A DNA stretch of 64,000 nt from Candidatus Peregrinibacteria bacterium UBA1369 (GTDB lineage: Bacteria; Patescibacteriota; Gracilibacteria; UBA1369). The notes below the pieces were generated by a model, which saw only the letters and a program-made list of their open reading frames with translations, had not been told where the DNA came from and searched no databases. The stretch covers positions 34,402 through 98,401 of the forward strand of contig DBRL01000014.1 in the NCBI GenBank assembly GCA_002305925.1. Reading direction: 5' to 3'. Both the position numbers and the translations under genes were made by a program. Below, in pieces: positions 18,712 through 28,272 of the stretch (positions are counted from its first letter, which is position 1; each line of letters opens with the position of its first letter).

Positions 18712-19272
18712 ATTTGGGGTTCCGGAGAAAAGTCAGCCATATTTCTTTATCCAAAAGCTATCAGTAAGAACAACCGCATCAACTCCCAGATTCGCGCGCC
18801 GATCGTCCGTTTGATCGACGAGAACGATGAACAGCTGGGGGAACTGTCCGTTGAGGAGGCCCTTAGAATGGCACAGGAACGGGAACTGGATCTGGTGGAA
18901 GTGGCCCCGTTGGCCAAACCGCCGGTCTGCAAAATTCTGGATTACGGCAAATTTCTGTACAGACAAAGAAAGATTGAGCAGAAACACAAGAGATTGCAGA
19001 AAAAGACCGAACAGAAAACCATCCGTTTGAGCCTGCGCATCGACGAACATGATCTGGAAGTGAAAGCTGGCCGGGCCAGGGAATTCCTGGAGGACGGCAA
19101 CAGCGTACGTGTCATGCTGATGTTTAAGGGCAGAGAAAACGCCCACGAAGAGCTGGGCAGACAAAAAGTCGATCTTTTCCTTGAGAAAATCAAGGATGTG
19201 GCCGCCGTTGAAGCCCCGGCGAAAAAACAGGGCAATTCGATTACCATGGTATTAATTCCATCAAAAAACTAA
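18712..19272 (+). CDS. infC: translation initiation factor IF-3, probable AUU start
   Basis: NRINSQIRAPIVRLIDENDEQLGELSVEEALRMAQERELDLVEVAPLAKPPVCKILDYGKFLY is canonical IF-3. AAGGAGG (18698-18704) lies 7 nt upstream of ATT 18712. The tracked start at 18610 adds an implausible 34-aa leader. Confidence 0.85.
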   Translation: MWGSGEKSAIFLYPKAISKNNRINSQIRAPIVRLIDENDEQLGELSVEEALRMAQERELDLVEVAPLAKPPVCKILDYGKFLYRQRKIEQKHKRLQKKTEQKTIRLSLRIDEHDLEVKAGRAREFLEDGNSVRVMLMFKGRENAHEELGRQKVDLFLEKIKDVAAVEAPAKKQGNSITMVLIPSKN

Positions 19273-19276
19273 CCAT

Positions 19277-19465
19277 ATGAAGAAGAAAAGTATCAGCGGG
19301 TTGAAAAAACGCATCAAGCTGACCGGCACCGGTAAGGTTATGTTCAGAAAATCCGCCAAGAAACATCTGCTGACCAACAAGTCCAAAAGGCAGAAAAGAT
19401 TGAACAAATCAGGTAAACTGGCTTCGGCCAGTGATACCAAATGGATCAAGAAACTCCTTCCTTAG
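19277..19465 (+). CDS. rpmI: 50S ribosomal protein L35
   Basis: 62 aa, basic (KKRIKLTGTGKVMFRKSAKKHLL). Lies in the conserved infC-rpmI-rplT order. Confidence 0.9.
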   Translation: MKKKSISGLKKRIKLTGTGKVMFRKSAKKHLLTNKSKRQKRLNKSGKLASASDTKWIKKLLP

Positions 19466-19486
19466 TAATTTTAATCCCAACCAAAC

Positions 19487-19840
19487 ATGACACGCGTAAA
19501 GAGGGGCGTAGCCACCAAGAAAAGACACAATAAACTGCGCGGCCTGGCAAAGGGTTACTCCAAAGTTGCCACATCCCGCATCAAATGGGCCAAAAACTTC
19601 GTTGCCAAGGCCGGACAGAACAGCTATCGGGGCCGCAAACTGAAAAAGCGTCAATTCCGCAGCCTCTGGATCACCCGCATCAATGCCGGCTGCAGGGCCG
19701 AGGGAATCAGTTATTCGAGACTGATAGCCGGTCTGCTGAAGGCAAAAATCGCCATCGACCGCAAGATCCTCTCCGAATTGGCCACCAGCAATCCGGAAGT
19801 GTTCAGCCAGATTGTCGCCAAAGCCAAGGCCGAACTGTAA
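19487..19840 (+). CDS. rplT: 50S ribosomal protein L20
   Basis: MTRVKRGVATKKRHNKLRGLAKGY... Confidence 0.95.
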   Translation: MTRVKRGVATKKRHNKLRGLAKGYSKVATSRIKWAKNFVAKAGQNSYRGRKLKKRQFRSLWITRINAGCRAEGISYSRLIAGLLKAKIAIDRKILSELATSNPEVFSQIVAKAKAEL

Positions 19841-19860
19841 AATTTACCAATATTGATTGA

Positions 19861-19900
19861 ACAGGCGGGCGCGAGTACGCGCCCGCCTGTTCTGTTTGTT
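19861..19900 (+). terminator. intrinsic terminator of the infC-rpmI-rplT operon
   Basis: 13-bp GC-rich stem ACAGGCGGGCGCG-agta-CGCGCCCGCCTGT followed by TCTGTTTGTTTT. Confidence 0.8.
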
Positions 19901-20032
19901 TTCCGGCCTTTATTTTTGAAAATCTGTTTTGTTTGCCAGGCCCGGCAAAGCTTGGTTTTGGTGTTGTTTTGTAGACCAGTAATTTGGTCTATGTATTACT
20001 TTTTAATGCAGTGTTCACGCTCTGGCAATTAC

Positions 20033-20064
20033 ACAAAAACGGGCTTTTGGATAGTCCAGCCCGT
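20033..20064 (-). terminator. intrinsic terminator of the cyclophilin gene
   Basis: On the minus strand: ACGGGCT-12 nt loop-AGCCCGT followed by TTTTTGT, about 70 nt past the stop at 20132. Confidence 0.55.
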
Positions 20065-20131
20065 CTGAGTGTTGAAGGGCAGCCGAGCAGACGTGACGGA
20101 GTTTTTCGGTTGCCCTAATTGTTCAATTATT

Positions 20132-20782
20132 TTAGAGAGTGGAAATGGTGACTTTCTTGATGGTGACGGGCTCGAGTGGTATGTCCATGGCATTGCGGGG
20201 GAGCCGAGAAATGGTTTCGGCGACGTCCATTCCTTCATAGACCTGCCCAAAGACGCTGTGGCGGTTGTCCAGCCAGGGCGTTCCATCGGCCGCAGTGACG
20301 ATAAAAAACTGGCTGCCGTTTGTGTTCGGGCCACTGTTGGCCATGGAAACGGCGCCAAACAGATTTTTCAGATTGGGAGTGAATTCGTCGGCAATGGTGG
20401 TGTCGGGCCCCAGATAGCTGTGTCCGCCCCGTCCGTCACCGCGGGTAAAATCTCCCGTCTGAATCATAAAGCCGTCAATCACCCGATGGAAAGGCACGCC
20501 GTCGTATTTGCCACCGCGAGCGAGCTCGATAAAGTTTTTGGTGGTTTCCGGTACCTGATCGACAAAAAGTTTAAATTTGATCTCCCCCTTGTCGGTATCA
20601 AGTATGGCCACCGTATCGCCCGCAACCGGAGAAGATCCCTGAAGATTGTTCATTGTATTGGCTTGGTTATTGTTGATTGAGTCGTTGGAGCCGGCGGGTG
20701 TGGAAGGAGCCGGTTCGGACTGACAGGCAGACAAGAGGAGAGACGCCGTCAGTAAAATGCCCAAAAAATATTTTTTTTCCAT
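20132..20782 (-). CDS. cyclophilin-type peptidyl-prolyl isomerase, lipoprotein
   Basis: Start at MEKKYFLGILLTASLLLSAC (lipobox). FKLFVDQVPETTKNFIELARGGKYDGVPFHRVIDGFMIQTGD. Confidence 0.9.
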   Translation of the reverse strand: MEKKYFLGILLTASLLLSACQSEPAPSTPAGSNDSINNNQANTMNNLQGSSPVAGDTVAILDTDKGEIKFKLFVDQVPETTKNFIELARGGKYDGVPFHRVIDGFMIQTGDFTRGDGRGGHSYLGPDTTIADEFTPNLKNLFGAVSMANSGPNTNGSQFFIVTAADGTPWLDNRHSVFGQVYEGMDVAETISRLPRNAMDIPLEPVTIKKVTISTL

Positions 20783-20872
20783 AACTTTTTGTTTAGTGAT
20801 TTGTGGCAGAATTGTGCGCCAAGGTGCCTTTTTTTTCAAGTGACTTTTACCCGTGCCCAGTATACACTGGCC

Positions 20873-21817
20873 ATGTCATATTTCCGCATGTCCAACTACT
20901 TCAAAAACATTATCGGCCATCAGAAAGCTCTTCAGCTTTTAAGCTCCGACCTGGAAAGCGACAATCTCGCTCATGCCTATTTGCTGGCGGGACCGGCCGA
21001 CCTGGGCAAGCTCACGGTGGCTAAACTGTTTGCCAAGGCCGTGCAAACCCATCACCTCGATGAGGAAAAGGCTTTTCAGATTTCCGCATTGATAGACCGT
21101 GGCATCCATGCCGATACGATTTTTTTCCAGCGCGATCCCGATGCTGAAACAATCAAGATTGAGGAGGTGAGGCGCCTGCTCAACAATCTGCAGATGACCG
21201 GTGAAAGCTGGAAGCGCATTCTGGTGATTGAGGATCTGGACCGGCTGACCGTGGAAGCGGCCAATGCCATGCTGAAAATGATCGAGGAGCCGCCGCAAAA
21301 AGTGCTTTACATTTTTACCAGTTCCAACCCTAAAAAAGTTTTGGAGACTATTCATTCGCGGGTGCGCAGGGTGGATTTCCAGCTTATGCCCACAGACGCG
21401 CTGCGCCATTCGCTGCACCTGCGCTACCGGCTGGAAAACGAAGAAAAAATCGCCAGAGTGGCTGAACTTTCTCTGGGACGGATTGCCAAGGCGATTCGTC
21501 TGCTGGAAAACGCCGAACATCTGGAGGCCTATGAAGACGTCTGCCGGCAAATTCGTGATTTTCTGGCAAGGCGCGATGTTGCCGCGGCCTTCAGTTTTGT
21601 CGGACAAATACACAATGATCAGTTGTTGACACAGGTGTTTCTGGAAACCGCCCTGCTGGTACTGCGAAACGACTTGCGTGATGCCGCGCGCGCAGGTGAT
21701 TACCGGGCTCTGGAAACCTCAACCATGCGGCTGCAGCAACTGTTTCAGACCCGCGCTCTTTCCGAAACCAACACCAACAACCGGCTGCTGCTGGAGAATT
21801 TTATTTTAAGCCTATGA
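20873..21817 (+). CDS. holB: DNA polymerase III delta-prime subunit
   Basis: IIGHQKALQLLSSDLESDNLAHAYLLAGPADLGKLTVAKLFAKAV. The tracked ORF starts at 20789; the ATG at 20873 (or 20888) is more plausible. Confidence 0.8.
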   Translation: MSYFRMSNYFKNIIGHQKALQLLSSDLESDNLAHAYLLAGPADLGKLTVAKLFAKAVQTHHLDEEKAFQISALIDRGIHADTIFFQRDPDAETIKIEEVRRLLNNLQMTGESWKRILVIEDLDRLTVEAANAMLKMIEEPPQKVLYIFTSSNPKKVLETIHSRVRRVDFQLMPTDALRHSLHLRYRLENEEKIARVAELSLGRIAKAIRLLENAEHLEAYEDVCRQIRDFLARRDVAAAFSFVGQIHNDQLLTQVFLETALLVLRNDLRDAARAGDYRALETSTMRLQQLFQTRALSETNTNNRLLLENFILSL

Positions 21818-22623
21818 TTGACCTTTTACTTGCCCTGTTCAGTTTACTTGTTTTGCTGCTGATCTTTTCCAGACGCTGGTATCTGCTGGAAAAGACCAGT
21901 CTCTTCGGCAAAATGGTGCTAAAAAAAGGCCTGAAGCTTCAGGGCAGATTGACCAGGGAAGACGTGGAAGTGACCGCCAAGGAAATGATTCCGGACCCCT
22001 CCACGGTCGATCCAAAACTGAGGGTGAAAGGGGAAAATTTTTTTAAGAAAGCCGAGCTGGAATTAAAAAAAGGCAATCTGGCCGAGGCGGAAAAACTTTT
22101 TATCAAGGCGATTGCCATGGACCCCTCACATCTGCAGGCCCATGCCAGACTGGGCGCGGTGTATTTGAACCAGGAGCAGTTTGCCAAAGCGGAACTTTTT
22201 TACCGCAAACTGGTACTGGCGGTAGCTGACGATCCGGTTTATTTCAGCAATTTGGCCCTCTCGCTTTTTCATCAGGAGAAATATCTGGAGGCAAAGGAGT
22301 TTTATGAAAAAGCTCTGGAACTGGACTCTTCCAGGCCGGGGCGCTTTTACAGTCTGGCCCGGGTTAATTATTTACTGGCCGATGCCGACTCTGCTTTTGC
22401 CAATATTGAAAAAGCTCTCAGCCTGGACCCCGACAATGTCGATTACGGTCTAACCCTGGCGGCCTGGCAGATTGAAAAAAATATGCATAAGGAAGCACGT
22501 GAAGTACTGCAGACAATTCTTTCACATTGGCCGGAAAACGGCGAGGCTGCTGAAATGCTCAAACAGCTCGACGCGGCTGCTCATGATGATAACCAAACCA
22601 AAGGGGAGACGGCCGAACAATAA
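21814..22623 (+). CDS. membrane-anchored TPR-repeat protein
   Basis: N-terminal TM helix (LLLALFSLLVLLLIF). TPR repeats (AEKLFIKAIAMDPSHLQAHARLGAVYLNQEQFAKAELFYRKLV...). Confidence 0.7.
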   Translation: MIDLLLALFSLLVLLLIFSRRWYLLEKTSLFGKMVLKKGLKLQGRLTREDVEVTAKEMIPDPSTVDPKLRVKGENFFKKAELELKKGNLAEAEKLFIKAIAMDPSHLQAHARLGAVYLNQEQFAKAELFYRKLVLAVADDPVYFSNLALSLFHQEKYLEAKEFYEKALELDSSRPGRFYSLARVNYLLADADSAFANIEKALSLDPDNVDYGLTLAAWQIEKNMHKEAREVLQTILSHWPENGEAAEMLKQLDAAAHDDNQTKGETAEQ

Positions 22624-22670
22624 TTTGCCCCTCGGAGCCAGGTGTCGGGACAGGCTGGCGAATTGCCCCA

Positions 22671-24761
22671 TTACTCCTGTCCCACCAGGATGCGGTTAGA
22701 GGTGGCGCGGTAGACGCTGTAAATTTTTTCGACCGTTTCCACGCCGTCCCTGACGATGATTCTGTCCCAGCTGGCATCAAACCCACCATGGGCCGATTCA
22801 ATCTGTTTGCGGGCTCCGGGCGGGAGAGTGGTGGTGGGAATGAGCTGCGTGCCGCCGGCTCCGCGATAATTGCCGCGCCAGTAGTTTTCCAGACGGACCT
22901 GGCGGCCGTCACTACTGCCAAAAAAGTTGATATAGGCCTGGTCGCCCTCGACAAAGGTCTGGATCAACATGTGTGCCGGCGTGTCATTGGTAAATTTGAG
23001 GTCTTTGACCCCCGGATAGATAGTCGAGTCCAGTCCATAGCCGTCCACCTGGGCATAGTAGCCGACGGCGTAGGAATGAGGAGAGCGCTCGACGATGGGC
23101 AGTCCGCTAAAAAGGGCGGCCTTGAACATGGTGGAAGAGACCTGACAGATCCCACCGCCGTATTCCGGCACGGTACCCTCGGCCTTGATCACCAGTTCCA
23201 GCTTGTAGCCCGTGGAACCGTCAACTTCTCCCAAATTGTCATTGAAAGAAAAAGTCGCCCCGGGCGGTATGAGCAGGCCGTTAAATTTGGCCATGCCGGT
23301 GGCAATGTTGTGGCGGCGATTGGAGGGTGACCCGGCAAAGGCCGTGTGCCCCGTACCAATCAGTTCACGGATACCCAAGGTCTGCAGGCGTTCGTCCACC
23401 TCAACCTCCGCCCGCTGCTCCTCGACCAAAAGTTCCACTTCGTTGTCCAGTGAATTGACTGCCATTTCCAGATCGTTGATGAATTTTTCCACATTGACCG
23501 CGTCACCGTTCAAAGCCTTGCCCTCAAAAATAATTTTGTCCTGTTCATCATAGAAAATTTTCAGATGTGAAACCGGTTTTTCCACCTGGCCAAACACTTC
23601 GCCGCGGAAATATTCCTCGATCAGAGCCGGGGTCATGGTGATGACAATCTGGTCATTCTGTTTGCGGAAGGTGATCTGCCCAAGGTGATCGAGAGGTCTG
23701 AACTGCCAGTTTTTGCCGGCATGTTTGATTTCGATGCGGTTTTCCAGCTTCAGCTGCAGATCGGGCAGCTGTTTTTCCAAATCGGCCGCCGTCACTTCCG
23801 GCAATTCACGCAATGTTTCCAAAACCAGCGGCGCCGAATCAAAAGTGGTTAGTCGTCCGGCCAGCTGTTCCTGCAAATCAGCCTGATCAACAACTATGCC
23901 CTCACGTTCGGGAATAATGGTCAGGACGCCCTCTTCATCCAGCAGCAGAGCAGCCGATTGGGCCCGGGCGGAATTGAGTTCCAGTTTCCTCTCGACCAGG
24001 TCGAAAATATGGCGGTCATCTTTTTTGAAAATGGGCCGCAGTTCCGCACCCCAGGCCGCAGCCAAGAGCAGGTCAATCGTTCCGTACTGGCGAAAGCGGA
24101 AATAGGGGAGGGAATCCAGCGTGGCCTGATGATCGTATTGTACTGACAATTCGGCAAGTGGAATTTCCACCGACTTTTCGCCGAAGACAAAGTTTAATGC
24201 CCCGGTTTCAAATTCCCGAAGTGACTTCTCAACATGGTCACGCGCCCGCGAAATTTCATATAACCCGTAATCCACACCGGCCAAAGCCACGCGCGGAAAG
24301 ACGCGGTCGTGTGCGAAGGCCTCCATTCCGACCAGCCCCGCCGCCAAAAGCAGCAGCACCAGCATAATTATGACAAATTTTTTCAATCCCGCCCGCAAGT
24401 GCCTACAAAAACTTTTCCAGCGCCTGGTCAGATAATTGGCAGGAGCAGCCAATAAAATGACTTTACCGCCGAAGAGTTTCTTTTTTTCCTCGGACTGGGC
24501 AATTACCTCCTCAAGCTTGGAGGAGAAAGTTGTTACTACCGGTTTTTCTTCAGCCGTTTCCCCGGCCACGACAACGGGCAGTTTCTGATCGGCGGACTCG
24601 GGTCGGCCTTTGGCCTGTGGCTTGTTCTTTTGTACGCCCTTCTTGCCACGAGGGTGTTTCTTGCCGGGCTGAGAGGACTTCCTCTTGGCGCGAAGCTTTT
24701 CCTGGGAGTGTCTTCCCGCCCGGCCGGTCTTTTTTTTGTTGCGCTTGTTTTTCCTGCCCAT
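22671..24761 (-). CDS. VanW-family protein with a basic N-terminus and a TM anchor
   Basis: Lys/Arg-rich N-terminus, one TM helix, and a VanW core (GGGICQVSSTMFKAALFSGLPIVERSPHSY). Confidence 0.75.
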   Translation of the reverse strand: MGRKNKRNKKKTGRAGRHSQEKLRAKRKSSQPGKKHPRGKKGVQKNKPQAKGRPESADQKLPVVVAGETAEEKPVVTTFSSKLEEVIAQSEEKKKLFGGKVILLAAPANYLTRRWKSFCRHLRAGLKKFVIIMLVLLLLAAGLVGMEAFAHDRVFPRVALAGVDYGLYEISRARDHVEKSLREFETGALNFVFGEKSVEIPLAELSVQYDHQATLDSLPYFRFRQYGTIDLLLAAAWGAELRPIFKKDDRHIFDLVERKLELNSARAQSAALLLDEEGVLTIIPEREGIVVDQADLQEQLAGRLTTFDSAPLVLETLRELPEVTAADLEKQLPDLQLKLENRIEIKHAGKNWQFRPLDHLGQITFRKQNDQIVITMTPALIEEYFRGEVFGQVEKPVSHLKIFYDEQDKIIFEGKALNGDAVNVEKFINDLEMAVNSLDNEVELLVEEQRAEVEVDERLQTLGIRELIGTGHTAFAGSPSNRRHNIATGMAKFNGLLIPPGATFSFNDNLGEVDGSTGYKLELVIKAEGTVPEYGGGICQVSSTMFKAALFSGLPIVERSPHSYAVGYYAQVDGYGLDSTIYPGVKDLKFTNDTPAHMLIQTFVEGDQAYINFFGSSDGRQVRLENYWRGNYRGAGGTQLIPTTTLPPGARKQIESAHGGFDASWDRIIVRDGVETVEKIYSVYRATSNRILVGQE

Positions 24762-24775
24762 GTGAGACTAAAAAA

Positions 24776-25087
24776 TTATTTTTCCTCCGGAATCGATTTG
24801 CCGGCATAGTGGCCGCGGTTGGCCGACCCGATGGCGTCAACCTGACTGATGTGAGTTTTCTTTTTTGATCCGATCAGGCCGGAGGTCGCCCTGTCCAGCA
24901 TCTTTTTGGCTCCGCGCAGCGCTTTGCCAGTTTGCCGCCCGACTTCCTTTCTGGTTTCACTGCCTTTCTTTGGTGCCAGCCCCACGCCCAAAACCGAGCC
25001 GATGGCGCCGCCGACGATGACCCCCATCAGAATTTTGTCCAGGTGGCCCTGTTTTTTTTCCTGCTTTTTTTTACCGAATCCAAACAT
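24776..25087 (-). CDS. YtxH-like small membrane protein
   Basis: ILMGVIVGGAIGSVLGVGLAPKKGSETRKEV. Start moved to MFGFGKK so that it no longer overlaps trxB. Confidence 0.6.
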   Translation of the reverse strand: MFGFGKKKQEKKQGHLDKILMGVIVGGAIGSVLGVGLAPKKGSETRKEVGRQTGKALRGAKKMLDRATSGLIGSKKKTHISQVDAIGSANRGHYAGKSIPEEK

Positions 25088-25103
25088 GGGAAAAGATTTA
25101 TGA

Positions 25104-26036
25104 CTAATTATATTGAGTGTAGGCATCGACGCCACGCAACAATTTTATGGCACTGAGCGCGGCGACGCAACCACTGCCGACGCTGACCGCCACCTGGGCG
25201 GGGGAGCCGGTACAGTCGCCGGCCGCAAAAAGTCCTGGCAGACTGGTGCGCCCTTCACGGTCAATCTTGATCGAGTTGCCCTCCATTTCCAGGCCCAGTT
25301 TTTGTGAAAAAGAATTGGCACCGGCCATGCCGACGGCCATAAAAGCCCCCTCGGCAGACATTTCAACCGTGCCATCGGTAAGCGGCTCGCTGAAAACAAC
25401 TTTTTCCAGTTTATCCTCCCCGCCAAAAGAGGCGATGCGGGGAGTAGTCAGAACGGCAATGCCGGCCTGCCGCAATTTTTCTGCGAAATTAGGCGAAAAA
25501 ACGGGGGGCTTGCCGTGACTCAAAATAGTGACGTTTTTGGTATAGGCAAGCAGTTCGAGGGCTTCGGCCGCGGCGTAATCGGAACTGCCGACAACAACGA
25601 CGGGGCGGTTTTTGAAGAAGAAGCCGTCACAAGTCACGCAATAGGAGACGCCGCGGCCGGTGAATTCTTTTTCTCCGGTAATTCCGGCCAACAGATAACT
25701 CTGGCCGGTGGCAATGATCACCGTCCGGGCCTGCCAGTCCCCCCCGCTATTGTCCTTCAACTCAAACGTGCCGTCCCCGCCGGCGGTCAGGCCGACGATT
25801 TCTTCGGAGCGATGCTCTCCCTTCAGTTCGATCAACTGTTGCTCCGCCGTCTCCAGCAAGGACGAGCCTGAAGGATTGCCGGCAACGCCAAAATAATTGC
25901 CAATCAGATGGGCTTTGTAGAGATTGCCTTTTTCGGCTTGCCCAAAGAGCAATGTTGACAACCCGGCCCTGGCCGTATAAATGGCCGCCGAGTAGCCGGC
26001 GGGCCCAGCCCCGACTATGACAACCTCATAGATCAT
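25104..26036 (-). CDS. trxB: thioredoxin-disulfide reductase
   Basis: VVIVGAGPAGYSAAIYTARAG, redox-active CVTCDG, and a second GxGxxA fold. Confidence 0.9.
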   Translation of the reverse strand: MIYEVVIVGAGPAGYSAAIYTARAGLSTLLFGQAEKGNLYKAHLIGNYFGVAGNPSGSSLLETAEQQLIELKGEHRSEEIVGLTAGGDGTFELKDNSGGDWQARTVIIATGQSYLLAGITGEKEFTGRGVSYCVTCDGFFFKNRPVVVVGSSDYAAAEALELLAYTKNVTILSHGKPPVFSPNFAEKLRQAGIAVLTTPRIASFGGEDKLEKVVFSEPLTDGTVEMSAEGAFMAVGMAGANSFSQKLGLEMEGNSIKIDREGRTSLPGLFAAGDCTGSPAQVAVSVGSGCVAALSAIKLLRGVDAYTQYN

Positions 26037-27595
26037 GCTTTGGCTTTTTTAGTTTTATCTTTGATGGTGCGGTTGTGCTGCACCCGTCTGATTACGTTGA
26101 CCTTGATTTGTCCGGGGTAGGCGACGCTGGCTTCAATTTCGTGGGCGATCTCTCCGGCCAGCTCGGGCAGGTTATCGTCATTGAGGCGCTTGGGATCCAC
26201 CAGTACCCGCAGCTCCCTTCCTCCGGAAATGGCATAGGTTTTGTTGACGCCCTCATAGGAATTGGCGATGGTTTCGATGGCCATCACCCGGGCCAGATAT
26301 TTTTCAATGGTCTCCTGTCTGGCCCCCGGCCGACCCGCGGAAATGGCATCGCCGGCCTTGACCAGCAACGCTTCGGCCGTCTCGATCGGCACGGAATCAT
26401 GATGTGTCCAGGCGGCGTGAATTTCCTCCCAGGAAAAAATCCCGAATTGCTCCATAATTTCTTTGGTCAGCACATCATGGGGGCGTCCGTCCTGCTGGTC
26501 GATGGCCTTGCCCAGATCATGGAAAAAGCCGCCAATTTTGCATATTTCTTCATTTAAACCCAGCTCATTGCCCAAAAGCAGCGTAAAATATCCGACTTCA
26601 AAGCAATGTTTGAGAATGTTCTGCCCGTAGCTGGTGCGATATTTAAGCCGGCCCAGGATGCGTTTGAAGTCGTCCGGAAACTGACGATATTCCAGATTGA
26701 GTTTTTGGACGATACGGTTGCCGATATCCAGAAGCAGCTGTTCGCTTTCGGCGCGGGCCTCCTCCAACCTCTGCCTGGCGCGGTCCAAATCGACCACGCG
26801 GTCTTTGATAAGCTTGAGAATGGTCTCGCGGGCAATATGTTTTTTGACCAGCTCAAAATGTGAAACGACCAGGCCCGGCTTATCCTCCTCAAAGAGGATA
26901 TCGACCCCCAGCTCCTGCTCCAGGAAACTGATGATTTCACAGTTTTTGCCGATGATTTTGGCCTTGGTTTCGTTGCGATTGATCGGAATGAGCAAGCTTT
27001 TTTTCTCCACTGATGTGGGCGCGCTATAGCGATGAATTGCTTCTATTAACAGGTTTTTAGCGATCAGTTGTGACTGCTCGCGCGTGTAGTCGAGGAGTTT
27101 GGTCAAACGTGTTTCGTTGGCCATTTCCAGGTCCTGGTTCAGATTAGCCAGCAGTCTCTGCTTGACCCGCTCCGGATCTTCGGCAGCGATTTTGGCGAGC
27201 AGTGGGGTTTTTTGCTTTTGCAGGCCCTCATTTTCCGTTTGCAGGCGCAGGGCCTCAAGTTGTTCCCGGTCGAACTCCTCCTGAACCCTACGCCCCTCCT
27301 GCTCGCGCAGGCGCAGACGTTCCTCGAGCAGGAAGAGGGTCTTTTCCTCCTTTTGAGCCAGCTGTTCCGTGCGCCTTTCCAGCTCGTTGAAAAGGGCCTT
27401 GAAACGCTCAACCTGCTCAAGAGTGCGGCTCTTCAGACCCAGCCTTTCACTTTCGGCCTCGGCCAGCATTTTTTTTGCCCTGTGCTCCGCCTCGGAAAGG
27501 TTGACTCGCGCGCGGGGCTGAAAGAAATAAAAGGTTGCGCCCAGGGCCAGAAGAAAGGCGCCGGAGGCAATGAGAATAATTGTGGGAAATGGCAT
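26033..27595 (-). CDS. rny: ribonuclease Y
   Basis: N-terminal TM helix, coiled coil, KH region and HD domain (GGFFHDLGKAID). Confidence 0.9.
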   Translation of the reverse strand: MPFPTIILIASGAFLLALGATFYFFQPRARVNLSEAEHRAKKMLAEAESERLGLKSRTLEQVERFKALFNELERRTEQLAQKEEKTLFLLEERLRLREQEGRRVQEEFDREQLEALRLQTENEGLQKQKTPLLAKIAAEDPERVKQRLLANLNQDLEMANETRLTKLLDYTREQSQLIAKNLLIEAIHRYSAPTSVEKKSLLIPINRNETKAKIIGKNCEIISFLEQELGVDILFEEDKPGLVVSHFELVKKHIARETILKLIKDRVVDLDRARQRLEEARAESEQLLLDIGNRIVQKLNLEYRQFPDDFKRILGRLKYRTSYGQNILKHCFEVGYFTLLLGNELGLNEEICKIGGFFHDLGKAIDQQDGRPHDVLTKEIMEQFGIFSWEEIHAAWTHHDSVPIETAEALLVKAGDAISAGRPGARQETIEKYLARVMAIETIANSYEGVNKTYAISGGRELRVLVDPKRLNDDNLPELAGEIAHEIEASVAYPGQIKVNVIRRVQHNRTIKDKTKKAKA

Positions 27596-28242
27596 TAGTT
27601 CAATTCGGTAATTTGATATCCCTGAGGAAGATCAAATTCACTGTCCGCAATTGGCTGGTTGAGTTCAACCATGGTAGCTACGGTGGTGGTTTCAACGCCA
27701 TAGTCGGGGAGCGAAGCGACGGTTCTCAGGGGAATGCCCTGCCAGAGGCAGGTTTCCAGATTGCCCAGGCGGTAGAGACTGCAGGTTTGCCCGGCGATGT
27801 TTTCGGTGCTTTCAGGAGAGAGGGGGGACGCTGCCTGTTCTTCGGGGGTACGATTGTCGCGCAAGGCGTCATGGATGATTCGGGTAGCCCGTTCGGCAGG
27901 AGAAAGATTCTGCAGCTCAGAATAGAGGGGGGAGGATAGTCGGGAGCCGGTCTTGCTCTTGGCATCGAGCGTGTAGAGCCGTGAGCCGTCCTGGATGAAA
28001 ATATTGTCCATTTCCACCGTTTCACCGTTGACCATAGTCTGGGTAATTCTGTTGTGGACAAACTTCTTTTCACCCTTGATCAGGACTTCACTGGTACCGG
28101 TACTGCTGCCGCTAATCTGATAGCTGATCTTTGCCGTTTCAAATTCATAGCCATAGAGATTGCCGTTGCCGCCGTCGCCCTGACAGCCCGTCACGACCAA
28201 ACCCGCCAGCAGAATCAAAGAAAGGGTCAGTTTGGAAGACAT
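27595..28242 (-). CDS. lipoprotein, function unknown
   Basis: Lipobox LILLAGLVVTGC. Confidence 0.55.
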   Translation of the reverse strand: MSSKLTLSLILLAGLVVTGCQGDGGNGNLYGYEFETAKISYQISGSSTGTSEVLIKGEKKFVHNRITQTMVNGETVEMDNIFIQDGSRLYTLDAKSKTGSRLSSPLYSELQNLSPAERATRIIHDALRDNRTPEEQAASPLSPESTENIAGQTCSLYRLGNLETCLWQGIPLRTVASLPDYGVETTTVATMVELNQPIADSEFDLPQGYQITELN

Positions 28243-28272
28243 TTGTTTGGTGTTAATTGTAGTTTTTAGCCC

